Under the pieces are notes generated by a model. The model worked only from the letters and a program-made list of their open reading frames with translations. It was not told where the DNA came from and searched no databases. The position numbers were made by a program, and so were the translations under genes. 64,000 bases of DNA, taken from Asaia bogorensis (GTDB lineage: Bacteria; Pseudomonadota; Alphaproteobacteria; SHVZ01). The DNA is taken from positions 2,143-66,142 of the forward strand of contig CAMDFP010000001.1 of NCBI GenBank assembly GCA_945897335.1, written 5' to 3'. The first letter of the stretch is position 1. Every line of letters begins with the position of its first letter. Positions 41,858-53,212 of this stretch are shown here, in pieces.

Positions 41858-42696
41858 TGGCCCGCTTCGCCTATTGCCAAGTCGACGTCTTCACCCAGAC
41901 CGCGCTGAAGGGCAATCCGCTCGGCGTCGTCATCGGCGCCGACGATTTCACCTCCGAGCAGATGGCCGCTTTCGCCAACTGGACCAATCTCAGCGAGACG
42001 ACGTTCCTGCTGAAGCCGACGAAGGCGGGCGCCGACTATCGGGTGCGCATCTTCACGGTGGCGCGCGAGCTGCCCTTCGCCGGGCACCCGACGCTGGGCA
42101 CCTGCCATGTCTGGCTCGAAGCCGGCGGCAAGCCCAAGGGCGAGGAGGTGGTTCAGGAATGCGGTGCCGGCCTCGTCCGCCTTCGCCGCGACGGGAAACG
42201 CCTCGCCTTCGCCGCCCCGCCGCTCAAGCGCTCAGGCGCGGTCGAGTCCGACGTGCTGGCGCAGATCGCCCGCTGCCTCGGCGTCGCACCGGCGGCGATC
42301 AAGGCCTCCAACTGGGTAGATAACGGTCCGGGCTTCGTCGCGGTGCTGCTGGCGTCGCGGAAGGACGTGCTGGCTCTCAAGCCGGACTTCGCCCAGATGG
42401 GCGATCTCCGCATCGGCGTCGTCGGGCCATGGCAGGCTGGCGACGGCACCGAGGCCCAGTTCGAGATCCGCGCCTTCGTTCCGGGCGAAGGCGTGAAGGA
42501 AGATCCGGTCACCGGCAGCCTGAATGCCGGCGTCGCCCAATGGATGATCGCAGCCAACCTCGCGCCCGCACGCTACGTCGCCAGCCAGGGCACCGCGCTC
42601 GGCCGCGCCGGCCGCGTCCATGTCGAGAAGATCGGCGACGACGTCTGGGTCGGCGGCGAGACCGTCACCTGCATCGAAGGCACGGTCACGCTCTGA
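41857..42696 (+). CDS. PhzF-family (phenazine biosynthesis-like) isomerase
   Basis: [13 protein letters not shown]…GNPLGVV (the PhzF N-terminal signature). The start overlaps the ugpC stop. Confidence 0.8.
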   Translation: MARFAYCQVDVFTQTALKGNPLGVVIGADDFTSEQMAAFANWTNLSETTFLLKPTKAGADYRVRIFTVARELPFAGHPTLGTCHVWLEAGGKPKGEEVVQECGAGLVRLRRDGKRLAFAAPPLKRSGAVESDVLAQIARCLGVAPAAIKASNWVDNGPGFVAVLLASRKDVLALKPDFAQMGDLRIGVVGPWQAGDGTEAQFEIRAFVPGEGVKEDPVTGSLNAGVAQWMIAANLAPARYVASQGTALGRAGRVHVEKIGDDVWVGGETVTCIEGTVTL

Positions 42697-42712
42697 ACAG
42701 TCATCGCTTTGG

Positions 42713-43120
42713 CTAGCTTGCTCGTCCGAACGGATTCACGATGCGCAGCCGTTCGGCAAGCACCGCGCCGTCCTGCATGTCTTCGGACCAGAGCGTGTCG
42801 CAGTCGGCGTGCAAAGCCGATGCCGCGATCATCGCATCGAAGACCGAGAGGCCATAGCGCTCGGCAACTGCGAGCCCGGTTTCATGAACGTCAGCGGTGA
42901 GGGGCTGAACGTCGAGCAGGCCGCGGACCATAGACAGGAAGGCATGCGTCTCCGTCCAAGACATGCCCATCTTGCGACGGGCGACATTGGTGACCTCGTT
43001 CAAGACCTGAACGCTGATCGTGCCGCCGGCGCGGATGAGCCCTTCAGCCCGCTCCGCCTTGCTTGCATCTGCCGACGCGACATAGAGCAAGACGTTGGTG
43101 TCGAAGAAGCTACCGGGCAT
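42713..43120 (-). CDS. vapC: PIN-domain ribonuclease toxin VapC
   Basis: MPGSFFDTNVLLY… PIN N-terminal acidic motif. It overlaps the antitoxin stop. Confidence 0.8.
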   Translation of the reverse strand: MPGSFFDTNVLLYVASADASKAERAEGLIRAGGTISVQVLNEVTNVARRKMGMSWTETHAFLSMVRGLLDVQPLTADVHETGLAVAERYGLSVFDAMIAASALHADCDTLWSEDMQDGAVLAERLRIVNPFGRAS

Positions 43121-43340
43121 TCGCCTCATCCCGGTCGAACTTGAAGTCCGCCGGAAGCCGTCCACGAAACGCGCGAAGACGCTTCAGCAGCTCCTCCCGC
43201 CCCGGCTTCCGCGTGACGGCGAACTCGCGAGCGTCGGCGACGTGGATTTCGATTTCATCGCCTTCACGCAGTTCCAGCGCCTCGACCACGGCGGCGGGAA
43301 GGCGGACGGCGAGGCTGTTGCCCCACTTCGCGACCTGCAT
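43110..43340 (-). CDS. vapB: AbrB/MazE-type antitoxin VapB
   Basis: MQVAKWGNSLAVRLP… swapped-hairpin signature. The ATG at 43340 has GGAGGTG 6 nt upstream. Confidence 0.75.
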   Translation of the reverse strand: MQVAKWGNSLAVRLPAAVVEALELREGDEIEIHVADAREFAVTRKPGREELLKRLRAFRGRLPADFKFDRDEANAR

Positions 43341-43352
43341 GACGCACCTCCA

Positions 43353-43379
43353 GATATACGTAACGAGAAATGTATATCT
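43353..43379. promoter_or_regulatory. inverted repeat AGATATAC-N11-GTATATCT upstream of vapB
   Basis: Seen directly, 13 nt upstream of the vapB start. It is a candidate autoregulatory operator. Confidence 0.35.
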
Positions 43380-43393
43380 AAGGGCGCTTGAGA

Positions 43394-43585
43394 TCAAACG
43401 GGAGCGGTCGGCGCCGCGAGTTCCTTCTTCACGTCGGAGACCAGCGTCCCGACCTTCTTCACCGTCTTCTTCAGGAGTGCCGGGGTCGTGCCGAGGCGCT
43501 TGGCCCAGCCGGCGAGCTCGAACTCTTCTTTCGGGTTGATGCGGTCGCCGTCGGACGCACCGACCTTGGTCTTGTTGTCGGCCAT
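43394..43585 (-). CDS. DUF3606-family small protein
   Basis: MADNKTKVGASDGDRINPKEEFELAGWAKRLGTTPALLKKTVKKVG… matches my memory of the DUF3606 pattern. Confidence 0.55.
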   Translation of the reverse strand: MADNKTKVGASDGDRINPKEEFELAGWAKRLGTTPALLKKTVKKVGTLVSDVKKELAAPTAPV

Positions 43586-43661
43586 GTCATTGACTTTCGT
43601 ATGACGAGATTTCCGGACGACAGGGATCGTCGCGGATCGTGCGGCAATGGCGAGACGGCCG

Positions 43662-44912
43662 TCAGGCCACCTTCACCACGGCGTGTCGCTTGCGGCCGGC
43701 GGAGAGCTTGACCACGCCCTCGGCATTCAGGTCCGCCTGGGTGATCTGGCGGTTCTCGTCGTTGCAGGCTTCGTCGTTGATGCGAGCACCGCCGCCGCGC
43801 ACCAGGCGCTTGGCCTCGCCGTTGGAGGCGGCGAAACCGGCCAGCTTCAAGGCCTCCCATATGGGAACGCCGGCCTCGAGTTGCGAGCGCTGGACGCTGA
43901 CGGTCGGCAGCACGCCGCCGGCCTCGCCCTCCTCGAAGGTCTTCCGCGCCGTCTCGGCGGCATCCTTCGCCGCCGCTACGCCCCGGCACATGCGGGTCGC
44001 CTCGAAGGCCAGCACCTTCTTCGCCTCGTTGATCTCCGAACCCTTCAGCGCCTCCAGCTTCACGATCTCGGCGATGGAGAGATCGGTAAAGGTGCGGAGG
44101 AAGCGGCCGACATCGGCGTCCTCGGTGTTCCGCCAGAACTGGTAGTAGTCGTAGGAGGAGAGCCGGTCCTCGTTCAGCCAGACGGCGCCCGACGCGGTCT
44201 TGCCCATCTTCGCGCCCGAGGCCGTCGTCACCAGCGGCGTGGTCACGGCGAAGAGCTCGACCTGCTCGACCCGGCGGCCGAGATCGACGCCGGCGACGAT
44301 GTTGCCCCACTGGTCGGAGCCGCCCATCTGCAGCCGGCAGCCGTAACGGCGGGCCAGCTCGACGAAGTCGTAGGCCTGGAGCACCATGTAGTTGAATTCG
44401 AGGAAGCTCAGCGGCTGGTCGCGGTCGAGCCGGAGCTTGACCGAATCCATGCTCAGCATGCGGTTGACCGAGAAGTGCCGGCCGTAGTCGCGCAGGAACT
44501 CGATGTAGTTGAGCTTGGACAGCCAGTCGTCGTTGTTGGCCATCAGCGCGTCGGACGCGCCGTCGCCGAACGCCAGGAACTTGCCGAAGGTCGCCTTGAT
44601 CGACGCCATGTTGCGGGCGATGTCGGCGTCGGTCAGCAGCTTCCGCATGTCGTCCCGTCCGGACGGGTCGCCGACCTTGGTGGTGCCGCCGCCGATCAGC
44701 ACGATCGGCCGGTGGCCGGCCTGCTGGAGCCGGCGCAGCATCATGATCTGGACGAGGTTGCCGACATGGAGGGAGTCGGCGGTCATGTCGAAGCCGATGT
44801 AGCCGGTGACCACCGACTCCGCCGTCAGCGCCTTGAACGCAGCCTCGTCGGAGCACTGGTGCAGGCAGCCGCGCTCACGGATGGTTTCGAGGAAATCCCG
44901 CGTCGTCGACAT
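43662..44912 (-). CDS. tyrS: tyrosine--tRNA ligase
   Basis: HIGH-like motif ([14 protein letters not shown]), KMGKT (KMSKS-class), and a C-terminal S4 domain. Confidence 0.95.
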   Translation of the reverse strand: MSTTRDFLETIRERGCLHQCSDEAAFKALTAESVVTGYIGFDMTADSLHVGNLVQIMMLRRLQQAGHRPIVLIGGGTTKVGDPSGRDDMRKLLTDADIARNMASIKATFGKFLAFGDGASDALMANNDDWLSKLNYIEFLRDYGRHFSVNRMLSMDSVKLRLDRDQPLSFLEFNYMVLQAYDFVELARRYGCRLQMGGSDQWGNIVAGVDLGRRVEQVELFAVTTPLVTTASGAKMGKTASGAVWLNEDRLSSYDYYQFWRNTEDADVGRFLRTFTDLSIAEIVKLEALKGSEINEAKKVLAFEATRMCRGVAAAKDAAETARKTFEEGEAGGVLPTVSVQRSQLEAGVPIWEALKLAGFAASNGEAKRLVRGGGARINDEACNDENRQITQADLNAEGVVKLSAGRKRHAVVKVA

Positions 44913-44916
44913 GACG

Positions 44917-45582
44917 TCAGCCCGCCGCCTTGGCCTTGGCCGGCGCCTTCAGCACCTCGTCGAGATAGGCCCCGACGGAGTTGCCCATCTGCTCGATCTT
45001 GTTGGTGAAGAAGTGGTTGGCGCCGGGGATCGACTTGTACTTCACCGTGATGTCGCGCTGGTTCGACAGCTTGTCGACCAGCTTCTGCACCGACTCAGAC
45101 GGCACCACCTCGTCGACGGTGCCGTGCACGATCAGGCCCGAGGACGGGCAGGGGGCCAGGAACGAGAAGTCGAACAGGTTCGCCGGCGGCGCGATCGAGA
45201 TGAAGCCCGAGATCTCCGGGCGGCGCATCAGGAGCTGCATGCCGATCCAGGCGCCGAAGGAGAATCCGGCGATCCAGCAGGCCGGCGCGTCGGGATTGTA
45301 GGTCTGCAGCCAGTCGAGCGCGGCGGCCGCGTCCGAAAGCTCGCCCTCGCCCCGGTCGAAGGTGCCCTGGCTGCGTCCGACGCCGCGGAAATTGAAGCGC
45401 AGCGTGCCGAATCCCCGCTGAGCAAACAGGTTGTAGAGCGTGTAGACGATCTTGTTGTTCATCGTCCCGCCGTGCTGCGGATGCGGATGCAGCATCAGCG
45501 CGATCGGTGCGTTCACGACCTTCGGCGGCAGGTACCGGCCCTCGATGCGGCCGGCAGGGCCATTGATGATGATCTCGGGCAT
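44917..45582 (-). CDS. alpha/beta-fold hydrolase
   Basis: Nucleophile elbow GFSFGA and an esterase-like topology. Confidence 0.7.
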   Translation of the reverse strand: MPEIIINGPAGRIEGRYLPPKVVNAPIALMLHPHPQHGGTMNNKIVYTLYNLFAQRGFGTLRFNFRGVGRSQGTFDRGEGELSDAAAALDWLQTYNPDAPACWIAGFSFGAWIGMQLLMRRPEISGFISIAPPANLFDFSFLAPCPSSGLIVHGTVDEVVPSESVQKLVDKLSNQRDITVKYKSIPGANHFFTNKIEQMGNSVGAYLDEVLKAPAKAKAAG

Positions 45583-45741
45583 GCGGTTCGTTTATTTCCG
45601 ACCGAACTGATGGGACAAAGGGGCACTTCGCACGGGCACACTCCCGCTCAATCTTGACCAGGCTAGTAGGGGATACTATATGCAGGAGCGAGGCTGGTCG
45701 CCCGACTTTCCAGCCTTCTTCACAATAGCATAGTCAGTGCC

Positions 45742-46443
45742 ATGACTTTCAAGACGTTACGAGAGGACATCGACTCCGTCATCGCCCGCGACCCGGCTGC
45801 CCGCAGCCGTCTCGAGGTGGTGATGTGCTATCCTGGTTTCCAGGCTATCCTCTTGCACCGCCTTGCACATTCGGCCTGGAACAGGGGCTGGCGGCTGACC
45901 GGCCGGTGGCTTTCCCAGCTGGGCCGGTTCCTGACCGGAATCGAGATTCACCCAGGCGCCACCATCGGCCGTCGGGTCTTCATCGACCACGGCATGGGCG
46001 TGGTGATCGGCGAGACCGCCGTCGTCGGCGACGACGTCACCCTCTACCAGGGCGTCACCTTGGGCGGCACCAAGCTGCACAAGGGCAAGCGCCACCCGAC
46101 GCTCGAGCGCGGCGTCATCGTCGGCTCCGGCGCCCAGATCCTGGGGCCTTTCACCGTCGGCCAGGAAGCCCGGATCGGCGCCAATGCCGTGGTTCTGGCC
46201 GAGGTTCCGGCCGGCGTCACGATGACCGGCATCCCGGCCAAGCCGGCGCTCACCCGCGACAAGGGCCGCGCCGCCGAATTCCAGGCCTATGGCACGCCGA
46301 CCGACGGGCTTCCCGACCCGGTCGCCCGCGCCATCGAGGCCCTCCAGACCGAGGTTGCCCAGCTTCGCGGCCGCGTCGTCGAGCTCGAGTCCTCGCAACA
46401 GCCCGTCGATGCCCGCTCGACCCTCCGGATCACCGGCACCTGA
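45742..46443 (+). CDS. cysE: serine O-acetyltransferase
   Basis: N-terminal SAT helical domain followed by hexapeptide repeats (…[44 protein letters not shown]…). Confidence 0.9.
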   Translation: MTFKTLREDIDSVIARDPAARSRLEVVMCYPGFQAILLHRLAHSAWNRGWRLTGRWLSQLGRFLTGIEIHPGATIGRRVFIDHGMGVVIGETAVVGDDVTLYQGVTLGGTKLHKGKRHPTLERGVIVGSGAQILGPFTVGQEARIGANAVVLAEVPAGVTMTGIPAKPALTRDKGRAAEFQAYGTPTDGLPDPVARAIEALQTEVAQLRGRVVELESSQQPVDARSTLRITGT

Positions 46444-46465
46444 ACCCGCAAAGGGAGACGGACCC

Positions 46466-46939
46466 ATGAAACTCAGCACCAAGGGCCGCTACGCCGTGAT
46501 GGCGATGGTCGACCTGGCCCGACACGGCGCCGGCCACCCGGTCTCGCTCGCCGACATCGCCGAGCGCCAGGAGATCTCGCTCTCATATCTGGAGCAGCTG
46601 TTCGCGCGGCTTCGGAAGAACGAGCTGGTGCGCAGCGTGCGCGGACCCGGCGGCGGCTACCTGCTGGGCCGCGGCACCGATGAGGTGAAGATCTCCGACA
46701 TCATCCTCGCCGTCGACGAGCCGATCCGCGTCACCCGCTGCCAGCCGACCTCGGCCGTCGGCTGCAAGGCCGACCGCTCGCGCTGCCTCACCCACGACCT
46801 GTGGGAGGAGCTCGGCAACCAGATCCACCTGTTCCTCCGCTCGGTCAGCCTCGCCGACGTGGTCGAGAACCGCGTCGTCGGCTCCGCCTGCGTCCGCCGC
46901 GAGGCGCCGGCCAGCCCGGCCGCCGTCGCCGCCGAGTAG
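46466..46939 (+). CDS. iscR: Rrf2-family Fe-S cluster assembly regulator IscR
   Basis: MKLSTKGRYAVMAMVDLA… Rrf2 HTH. Cluster-ligand cysteines at C…C…C (RCQPTSAVGCKADRSRC). First gene of the isc operon. Confidence 0.9.
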   Translation: MKLSTKGRYAVMAMVDLARHGAGHPVSLADIAERQEISLSYLEQLFARLRKNELVRSVRGPGGGYLLGRGTDEVKISDIILAVDEPIRVTRCQPTSAVGCKADRSRCLTHDLWEELGNQIHLFLRSVSLADVVENRVVGSACVRREAPASPAAVAAE

Positions 46940-46961
46940 CCAAGAGACACGAACTCAAGAC

Positions 46962-48068
46962 ATGACCGTCAGCGCCTATCTCGACTGGAATGCGACCTCG
47001 CCGGTCCGGACCGAAGCCCGGCTGGCGATGTCGCATGCGCTCACGCTGACCGGCAATCCGTCGTCGGTGCATGGCGCCGGCCGGGCCGTGCGGGCGCTGG
47101 TCGATGACGCCCGCGAGGCGGTCGCGCAGCTGGTCGGCGCCGGGCCGGGCCAGGTCGTCTTCACCTCCGGCGGCAGCGAGGCGAACGCGCTGGCACTCGC
47201 CGGCAGCGGCCGCCGCCTGCTGGTCTCCGCCATCGAGCATGACTCGGTTCTCGCTCACGCCGGCGCCGAGCGCATCGCCGTTACATCGGAAGGCGTCGTC
47301 GATCTCGACGACCTGGAGGCAAAGCTCGCTTCGTCCGACCGGCCGGCCCTGGTCTCGGTGATGCTGGCCAACAACGAGACCGGCACGCTGCAGCCGCTGG
47401 CCGACGTGGTCCGCATCGCGCGCGCGCGCGGTGCCCTGGTCCACACCGACGCCGCCCAGGCCGCCGGCCGAATGGCCGTTGATTTCCTCGGCCTCGGTGC
47501 CGATCTGATGACCGTTTCGGCGCACAAGCTCGGCGGCCCGCAGGGCGTCGGCGCCCTGGTCATCGGCGAGCGCGCCAGCGTACTGCCTGTCATCAAGGGC
47601 GGCGGCCAGGAACGCGGTCGCCGTGCCGGCACCGAGAACGTGGCGGGGATCGCGGGGTTTGGCGCTGCCGCCACCGCGGCCCCGGCGATCGACTGGAGCC
47701 GTGTGCAGTCGCTCCGCGACGACCTGGAGCAGCGCGCCGTCGGCCTCGGCGCCGAGATCTTCGCCGACCAGGCGCCGAGGCTGCCGAACACCAGCTGCCT
47801 CAGGCTGCCGGGCCTGTCTTCGGAGACGCTGGTGATCGCGCTCGATCTGAAGGGCGTCCAGGTGTCCGCCGGCTCCGCCTGCTCGTCGGGCAAGGTCCGG
47901 CCCTCGCCGGTTCTGCGCGCCATGGGCGCGGCCGACGATGTCGCCGGCGGAGCCATCCGCGCCAGCTTGGGATGGACGACGACGGCGGAAGAGATCGATC
48001 TGTTCATCGCGGCGCTCGGCGAGATCCGGGACCGCATCGGCCGGCGCGATCTGCGCTTCGCCGCGTGA
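46962..48068 (+). CDS. cysteine desulfurase, NifS-like (class V aminotransferase)
   Basis: PLP lysine in [10 protein letters not shown] and active-site Cys in SAGSACSSG. At 368 aa it lacks the IscS C-terminal tail. Confidence 0.85.
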   Translation: MTVSAYLDWNATSPVRTEARLAMSHALTLTGNPSSVHGAGRAVRALVDDAREAVAQLVGAGPGQVVFTSGGSEANALALAGSGRRLLVSAIEHDSVLAHAGAERIAVTSEGVVDLDDLEAKLASSDRPALVSVMLANNETGTLQPLADVVRIARARGALVHTDAAQAAGRMAVDFLGLGADLMTVSAHKLGGPQGVGALVIGERASVLPVIKGGGQERGRRAGTENVAGIAGFGAAATAAPAIDWSRVQSLRDDLEQRAVGLGAEIFADQAPRLPNTSCLRLPGLSSETLVIALDLKGVQVSAGSACSSGKVRPSPVLRAMGAADDVAGGAIRASLGWTTTAEEIDLFIAALGEIRDRIGRRDLRFAA

Positions 48069-48079
48069 AGGAGAGCAAC

Positions 48080-49357
48080 GTGACTACGCAAGCCCGCGTT
48101 CGCGAGACGCCCGAGAAGAAGGACGCCGCCCCCGGCCGCAACCGGCCGGCGCGCCCGATCTATCTCGACTACCAGGCGACCACGCCGATGGACCCGCGCG
48201 TGCTCGAAGCGATGATCCCTTACTTCACCGAGAAGTTCGGCAATCCGCATTCGCGCAGCCACGTCTATGGCTGGGAGGCCGAGGAAGGCGTCGAGAAGGC
48301 CCGCGCCCAGGTCGCCCACATCATCGGCGCCGACGAGCGCGAGGTGATCTTCACCTCCGGCGCCACCGAGTCGAACAACCTCGCCCTCAAGGGCGTGGCG
48401 CATTTCTACAAGGACAGGAAGGACCACATCGTCACCCTGGTGACCGAGCATAAATGCGTGCTCGACAGCCTCCGCCACCTCGAGGAGGAAGGCTTCAAGG
48501 TCACCTACCTGCCGGTGAAGCAGGACGGCCTCGTCGATCTCGCCGAGCTCGAGAAGGCGATCACCGACAAGACCGTGATCGTCTCGATCATGGCGGTGAA
48601 CAACGAGATCGGCGTGATCCAGCCGCTGGCCGAGATCGGCAAGCTGTGCCGGGCGAAGGGCGCCTTCTTCCACACCGACTGCGCCCAGGCCGTCGGCAAG
48701 ATCCCGCTCGACGTGGAAGCGATGAACATCGACCTGATGAGCATCTCCGGCCACAAGATCTACGGGCCGAAGGGCATCGGCGCGCTCTATGTCCGCCGCC
48801 GCCCGCGCATCCGTCTGCAGGCCCTGATCACCGGCGGCGGCCAGGAGCGCGGCATGCGCTCGGGCACGCTCCCGACCCCGCTCTGCGTCGGCCTCGGCGA
48901 GGCCTGCGCGATTGCCGAGCGCGAGATGGGCGAGGAGGCGAAGCGCCTGATCAAGCTCCGCGACCGCTTCTATTCCCAGATCAAGGAGAAGCTGCCCGAG
49001 GTCTATCTCAACGGCAGCCTCGAGAACCGGATCCCGGGCAACCTCAACCTCAGCTTCGCCTATGTCGAGGGCGAGTCCCTCATCCTCGGCATCAACGACC
49101 TGTCGGTGTCATCCGGATCAGCCTGCACCTCGGCATCGCTGGAGCCGTCATACGTGCTGCGCGCGCTCGGCGTCGACGAGGCGATGGCGCATACCTCGCT
49201 TAGGATCGGCCTCGGACGGTTCACCACCGAGGAAGAGGTCGACTACGCGGTCCAGGACATCGTCGAGCACGTGACCAAGCTTCGCGACATGAGCCCGCTC
49301 TGGGAGATGTTCCAGGACGGCGTCGATCTGAAGAGCATCAAGTGGGCGGCCCACTGA
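48080..49357 (+). CDS. iscS: cysteine desulfurase IscS
   Basis: GTG start preceded by [21 protein letters not shown] site, SSGSACTS active-site loop, and the IscS C-terminal tail. Confidence 0.9.
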   Translation: MTTQARVRETPEKKDAAPGRNRPARPIYLDYQATTPMDPRVLEAMIPYFTEKFGNPHSRSHVYGWEAEEGVEKARAQVAHIIGADEREVIFTSGATESNNLALKGVAHFYKDRKDHIVTLVTEHKCVLDSLRHLEEEGFKVTYLPVKQDGLVDLAELEKAITDKTVIVSIMAVNNEIGVIQPLAEIGKLCRAKGAFFHTDCAQAVGKIPLDVEAMNIDLMSISGHKIYGPKGIGALYVRRRPRIRLQALITGGGQERGMRSGTLPTPLCVGLGEACAIAEREMGEEAKRLIKLRDRFYSQIKEKLPEVYLNGSLENRIPGNLNLSFAYVEGESLILGINDLSVSSGSACTSASLEPSYVLRALGVDEAMAHTSLRIGLGRFTTEEEVDYAVQDIVEHVTKLRDMSPLWEMFQDGVDLKSIKWAAH

Positions 49358-49383
49358 CCCGCTGCCGCCTTTAGGAGAGTGAC

Positions 49384-49776
49384 ATGGCCTATTCCGAAAA
49401 AGTCATCGACCACTACAACAACCCCCGCAATGTCGGCTCCTTCGACAAGGGCGCCGAGGATGTCGGCACCGGCCTGGTCGGCGCGCCGGCCTGCGGCGAC
49501 GTGATGAAGCTGCAGATCAAGGTCTCGGCCGACGGCGTCATCCAGGACGCCAAGTTCAAGACCTTCGGCTGCGGCTCGGCGATCGCGTCGTCGTCGCTGG
49601 CGACCGAGTGGATCAAGGGCAAGTCGCTGAACGAGGCCGAGACGATCAAGAACACCGAGATCGCCCAGCATCTGGCGCTGCCGCCGGTGAAGATCCACTG
49701 CTCGGTCCTGGCCGAGGACGCGATCAAGGCGGCGATCGCCGACTACCGCGCCAAGACGACGAAGGTCGCCGAGTAG
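49384..49776 (+). CDS. iscU: Fe-S cluster scaffold IscU
   Basis: GAPACGDVMKLQI…FGCGSAIASSS…HCSVLAED; three conserved Cys and the LPPVK motif. Confidence 0.95.
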   Translation: MAYSEKVIDHYNNPRNVGSFDKGAEDVGTGLVGAPACGDVMKLQIKVSADGVIQDAKFKTFGCGSAIASSSLATEWIKGKSLNEAETIKNTEIAQHLALPPVKIHCSVLAEDAIKAAIADYRAKTTKVAE

Positions 49777-49808
49777 GTCCGCGTTTCACGCATTCGAGGT
49801 TTCAGGGA

Positions 49809-50207
49809 ATGTCCGACGTAGCCACCCCGACGACGACCGCTCCCGCGCCCACCCCGGCCAAGCCGCCGCGGGTGAAGCGGCAGGCGATGACGCTGACCGA
49901 TGCAGCGGCGGCGCGGGTGAAGGCGCTGCTGGACAAGCGCGGCAAGCCGTCCGCCGGCATCCGCATCAGCGTCCGCACCAAGGGCTGCTCGGGCCTCTCC
50001 TACACCCTCGAATACGCCGACGAGCGCGGCAAGTTCGACGAGGTGGTGGAGGACAAGGGCGTCACCATCCTGATCGACCCGAAGGCGTCGATGTTCATCT
50101 TCGGCACCGAGATGGACTTCGTCGAGGACAAGATGGAAGCCGGCTTCAAGTTCATCAATCCGAACGAGAAAGGCCGCTGCGGCTGCGGGGAGTCCTTCCA
50201 CGTTTGA
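49809..50207 (+). CDS. iscA: Fe-S cluster carrier IscA (A-type)
   Basis: C-terminal CGCGESF motif. The N-terminal extension is uncertain; an alternative ATG lies at 49884. Confidence 0.85.
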   Translation: MSDVATPTTTAPAPTPAKPPRVKRQAMTLTDAAAARVKALLDKRGKPSAGIRISVRTKGCSGLSYTLEYADERGKFDEVVEDKGVTILIDPKASMFIFGTEMDFVEDKMEAGFKFINPNEKGRCGCGESFHV

Positions 50208-50800
50208 CCGCGCCCCTCGCCTGCTGGTCCTGCCGCGGGCCGGTGCCGGCGGCAGAGCCCTTCTGTCCGACCTGCAAGGCGGTGCAGCCGCCGGGTCAGG
50301 GCGATCATTTCGCCCGGCTCGGGCTCGATAGGACCTACGACCTCGATCCGAAGTCGGTCGAGAGGAAGTATTTCGAGCATCAGCGCCGGCTTCATCCCGA
50401 CCGTTTCGCGACCAGGAGCCCGAAGGAACGGGCACTCAGCCAGGCCCAGGCGACGAGCCTGAACGACGCCTACGAGACCCTGATGGACCCGCTCGCCCGC
50501 GCGGTCTATCTGTTGCGCCTTTCCGGGATCGAAACCGGCGGCGACGGCAAGACCATCGACGATCCGGCGCTCTTGATGGAGGCGATGGAGATGCGGGAAG
50601 CCCTGGCGGAGGCACGGACACCGGCGGATGTGGACGCCGTGGTCCAGCATGCACGCGCCGAGGCCGAGACCTGCCGCGCCCAGCTCTCCCAGGATTTTTC
50701 GGCTCCCGATCTCGCTGCCGCGAGGAAGAGCACGCTGCGCCTCACCTACCTCGACAAGCTGGTCGAGGACGCGCGCTCGCGTCGGCTGAACGTGGCATGA
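50204..50800 (+). CDS. hscB: Fe-S assembly co-chaperone HscB
   Basis: N-terminal CxxC…CxxC zinc-finger-like extension followed by a J-domain-like region with HPD (RRLHPDRF). TTG start overlapping the iscA stop. Confidence 0.8.
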   Translation: MTAPLACWSCRGPVPAAEPFCPTCKAVQPPGQGDHFARLGLDRTYDLDPKSVERKYFEHQRRLHPDRFATRSPKERALSQAQATSLNDAYETLMDPLARAVYLLRLSGIETGGDGKTIDDPALLMEAMEMREALAEARTPADVDAVVQHARAEAETCRAQLSQDFSAPDLAAARKSTLRLTYLDKLVEDARSRRLNVA

Positions 50801-50820
50801 CGATGATCTTGCCCTTGGCT

Positions 50821-50915
50821 CCACCCCCACCCTGCCCTCCCCCATCAAGGGGGAAGGTTTACAAGGGGACCTCGTGTCCCCTCCCCCCTCCGTGGGGGAG
50901 GGTCAGGGTGGAGGG
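50821..50915. repeat. nested-palindrome intergenic repeat, copy 3
   Basis: CCACCCCCACCCTGCCCTCCCCCA…CGTGGGGGAGGGTCAGGGTGGAGGG, between hscB and hscA. Confidence 0.7.
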
Positions 50916-50939
50916 CGATGCCGGACTGGATTCGTCCGC

Positions 50940-52856
50940 ATGACCCTCCTCCAGCTGCACGAGCCCGGCGAGACGCCGCTGCCGCATGAGGGCGACCAGG
51001 CGCTCGCGGTCGGCATCGACCTCGGCACCACCAATTCGGTCGTCGCCATCTCGACCTCCGGCAAGCCCGAGGTGCTGCGCGACGCCGCGGGCCGCGGCCT
51101 CGTTCCCTCGGTCGTGGCCTACACCGACGAGGGACCGATCGTCGGCGTTCAGGCGCAGGCGCGTCTCGTCGCCGAGCCCGATTCCGTCGTCTCCTCGGTC
51201 AAGCGCCTGATGGGCCGGGGATCCGCCGATGTGAAGGCGCTGGCCGGCACGCTGCCCTATCAGCTCGATGCCGCCGAGGGCGGCATGGTGCGCCTCCTGG
51301 TCGGCGGCCGCCGGCTGACCCCGGTCGAGATCTCCGCCGAGATCCTGAAGGCGGTGAAGGACCAGGCCGAGCAGCATCTCGGCCGCGAGGTCACCCGCGC
51401 CGTCGTCACCGTGCCGGCCTATTTCGACGATGCCGCGCGCCTTGCCACCAAAGACGCCGCCCGGCTCGCCGGGCTCGAGGTCCTGCGCCTGGTCAACGAG
51501 CCGACCGCGGCGGCTCTCGCCTACGGCCTCGATAAGGAGGCCGAGGGCGTCTATGCCGTCTACGACCTCGGCGGCGGCACCTTCGACGTCTCGATCCTGC
51601 GGCTGGAGAAGGGCGTCTTCCAGGTTCTGGCGACCGGCGGCGACGCCTCGTTGGGCGGCGACGATTTCGACCATGCCATCGCCGAGCACTGGCTCGCCGA
51701 CCGCCGCTCCGAACTCGGCGGCGAGCCGATCACCGCCGGCGAGGTCAAGCAGACGCTGAAGAGCGCGCGCGCCGCGAAGGAGGCCCTCACCACCCGCGAA
51801 GCCGGCGACTTCCCCGTCATGCTGCGCGGCAAGACCACGCTGCACCGCCTGACCCGCGAGACGCTCGACAAGCTGATCCGGCCCTGGATCGAGAAGACCG
51901 TCAAGATCGCCCGCCAGGTGGTCGACGACGCCCGCCTGGAGCTTCCCGAGATCAAGGGCGTGGTGCTGGTCGGCGGCTCCACCCGGGTCCCGCAAGTGCG
52001 GCACGCGGTCGAGGCCCTGTTCGGCACCAAGCCGCTGGCCGACATCGATCCCGACGAGGTGGTGGCGCTGGGCGCCGCGCTCCAGGCCGAGGCGCTGACC
52101 ACGGGCTCCGACACCCTCCTCCTCGACGTCCTGCCGCTGTCGCTCGGGCTCGAGACCATGGGCGGCCTCACCGAGAAGGTGATCGACCGCAACACCCCGA
52201 TCCCCGTCGCCAAGGCCCAGGAGTTCACGACATACCAGGACGGCCAGGGGGCAATGCTGATCCACGTCGTCCAGGGCGAGCGCGAGGCCGTGACCGACTG
52301 CCGCTCGCTGGCCCGCTTCGTGCTCGCCGGCATCCCGCCGATGGTGGCGGGCGCCGCCCGCATCCGGGTCACTTTCCAGGTCGACGCCGACGGGCTCCTG
52401 ACCGTCTCCGCCCAGGAAAAGACCACCGGCGTCGAGCAGCGGGTCGAGGTGAAGCCCTCCTACGGGCTTTCCGAGGACGAGATGGCGCGGATGCTGGAAG
52501 AGAGCATGATCCATGCCCGGGACGACATGGAGCGCCGCCTCCTGGTCGAGAACCGGGTCGAGGCCCGCCGCGTCCTTTTGGCGCTGGAGTCCGCCTTGGC
52601 CGCCGATGCCGGGCTGCTGGACGCCGGCGAGGGTGACCGTATAGAAGAGGCCCGCCGCCGCTTGGGGGCCGCGATCGAGGGTGAGGATCGCGACCTGATC
52701 AAGGCGGCGGTCGAGCGGCTGGAGGAGGCCGCCCGGCCGTTCGCCGAGCGGCGCATGGACCGGGCCATCCGGGCCGGCCTCGCCGGCCATTCGATCGATG
52801 AGTTCAAGGGCGATCCCGGCGGCTGCCTGGCGCCCGATCCTGAAGAGAAGAGCTAG
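50940..52856 (+). CDS. hscA: Fe-S assembly chaperone HscA (Hsp70 family)
   Basis: [11 protein letters not shown]…GIDLGTTNS…DLGGGTFD Hsp70 motifs. I chose the ATG at 50940, after the repeat. Confidence 0.9.
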   Translation: MTLLQLHEPGETPLPHEGDQALAVGIDLGTTNSVVAISTSGKPEVLRDAAGRGLVPSVVAYTDEGPIVGVQAQARLVAEPDSVVSSVKRLMGRGSADVKALAGTLPYQLDAAEGGMVRLLVGGRRLTPVEISAEILKAVKDQAEQHLGREVTRAVVTVPAYFDDAARLATKDAARLAGLEVLRLVNEPTAAALAYGLDKEAEGVYAVYDLGGGTFDVSILRLEKGVFQVLATGGDASLGGDDFDHAIAEHWLADRRSELGGEPITAGEVKQTLKSARAAKEALTTREAGDFPVMLRGKTTLHRLTRETLDKLIRPWIEKTVKIARQVVDDARLELPEIKGVVLVGGSTRVPQVRHAVEALFGTKPLADIDPDEVVALGAALQAEALTTGSDTLLLDVLPLSLGLETMGGLTEKVIDRNTPIPVAKAQEFTTYQDGQGAMLIHVVQGEREAVTDCRSLARFVLAGIPPMVAGAARIRVTFQVDADGLLTVSAQEKTTGVEQRVEVKPSYGLSEDEMARMLEESMIHARDDMERRLLVENRVEARRVLLALESALAADAGLLDAGEGDRIEEARRRLGAAIEGEDRDLIKAAVERLEEAARPFAERRMDRAIRAGLAGHSIDEFKGDPGGCLAPDPEEKS

Positions 52857-52876
52857 GCTTTCGGAGTTTTGTCGAC

Positions 52877-53212
52877 ATGCCGAAGATGACGTTCGTCGAT
52901 CCGGACGGGACCCGCCACGAAGTCGATGCGCCGGTCGGGCTCTCGGTCCTGGAGATCGCGCATAAGAACGGGATCGAGCTGGAGGGGGCCTGCGAAGGCT
53001 CGCTCGCCTGCTCGACCTGCCACGTCATCGTCGATCCGGAGGATTACGAGCGCCTGAAGGACGCGACCGAGGACGAGGAGGACATGCTGGACCTGGCCTT
53101 CGGCCTCACCCACACCTCGCGCCTGGGCTGCCAGATCATCATCACCGAGGAGCTGGACGGACTCAGGGTGACGCTGCCGTCCGCCACCCGCAACATGATG
53201 GTCGACAAGTGA
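52877..53212 (+). CDS. fdx: [2Fe-2S] ferredoxin of the ISC system
   Basis: Cys ligands in [11 protein letters not shown]…C (adrenodoxin type). Confidence 0.9.
   Translation: MPKMTFVDPDGTRHEVDAPVGLSVLEIAHKNGIELEGACEGSLACSTCHVIVDPEDYERLKDATEDEEDMLDLAFGLTHTSRLGCQIIITEELDGLRVTLPSATRNMMVDK

Noticed and set aside
45583-45741. Candidate sigma-70 promoter TTGACC-N16/17-TA(c)TAT upstream of cysE
   Set aside because: The spacing and -10 hexamer are ambiguous among several overlapping possibilities, so I cannot support it as a feature.
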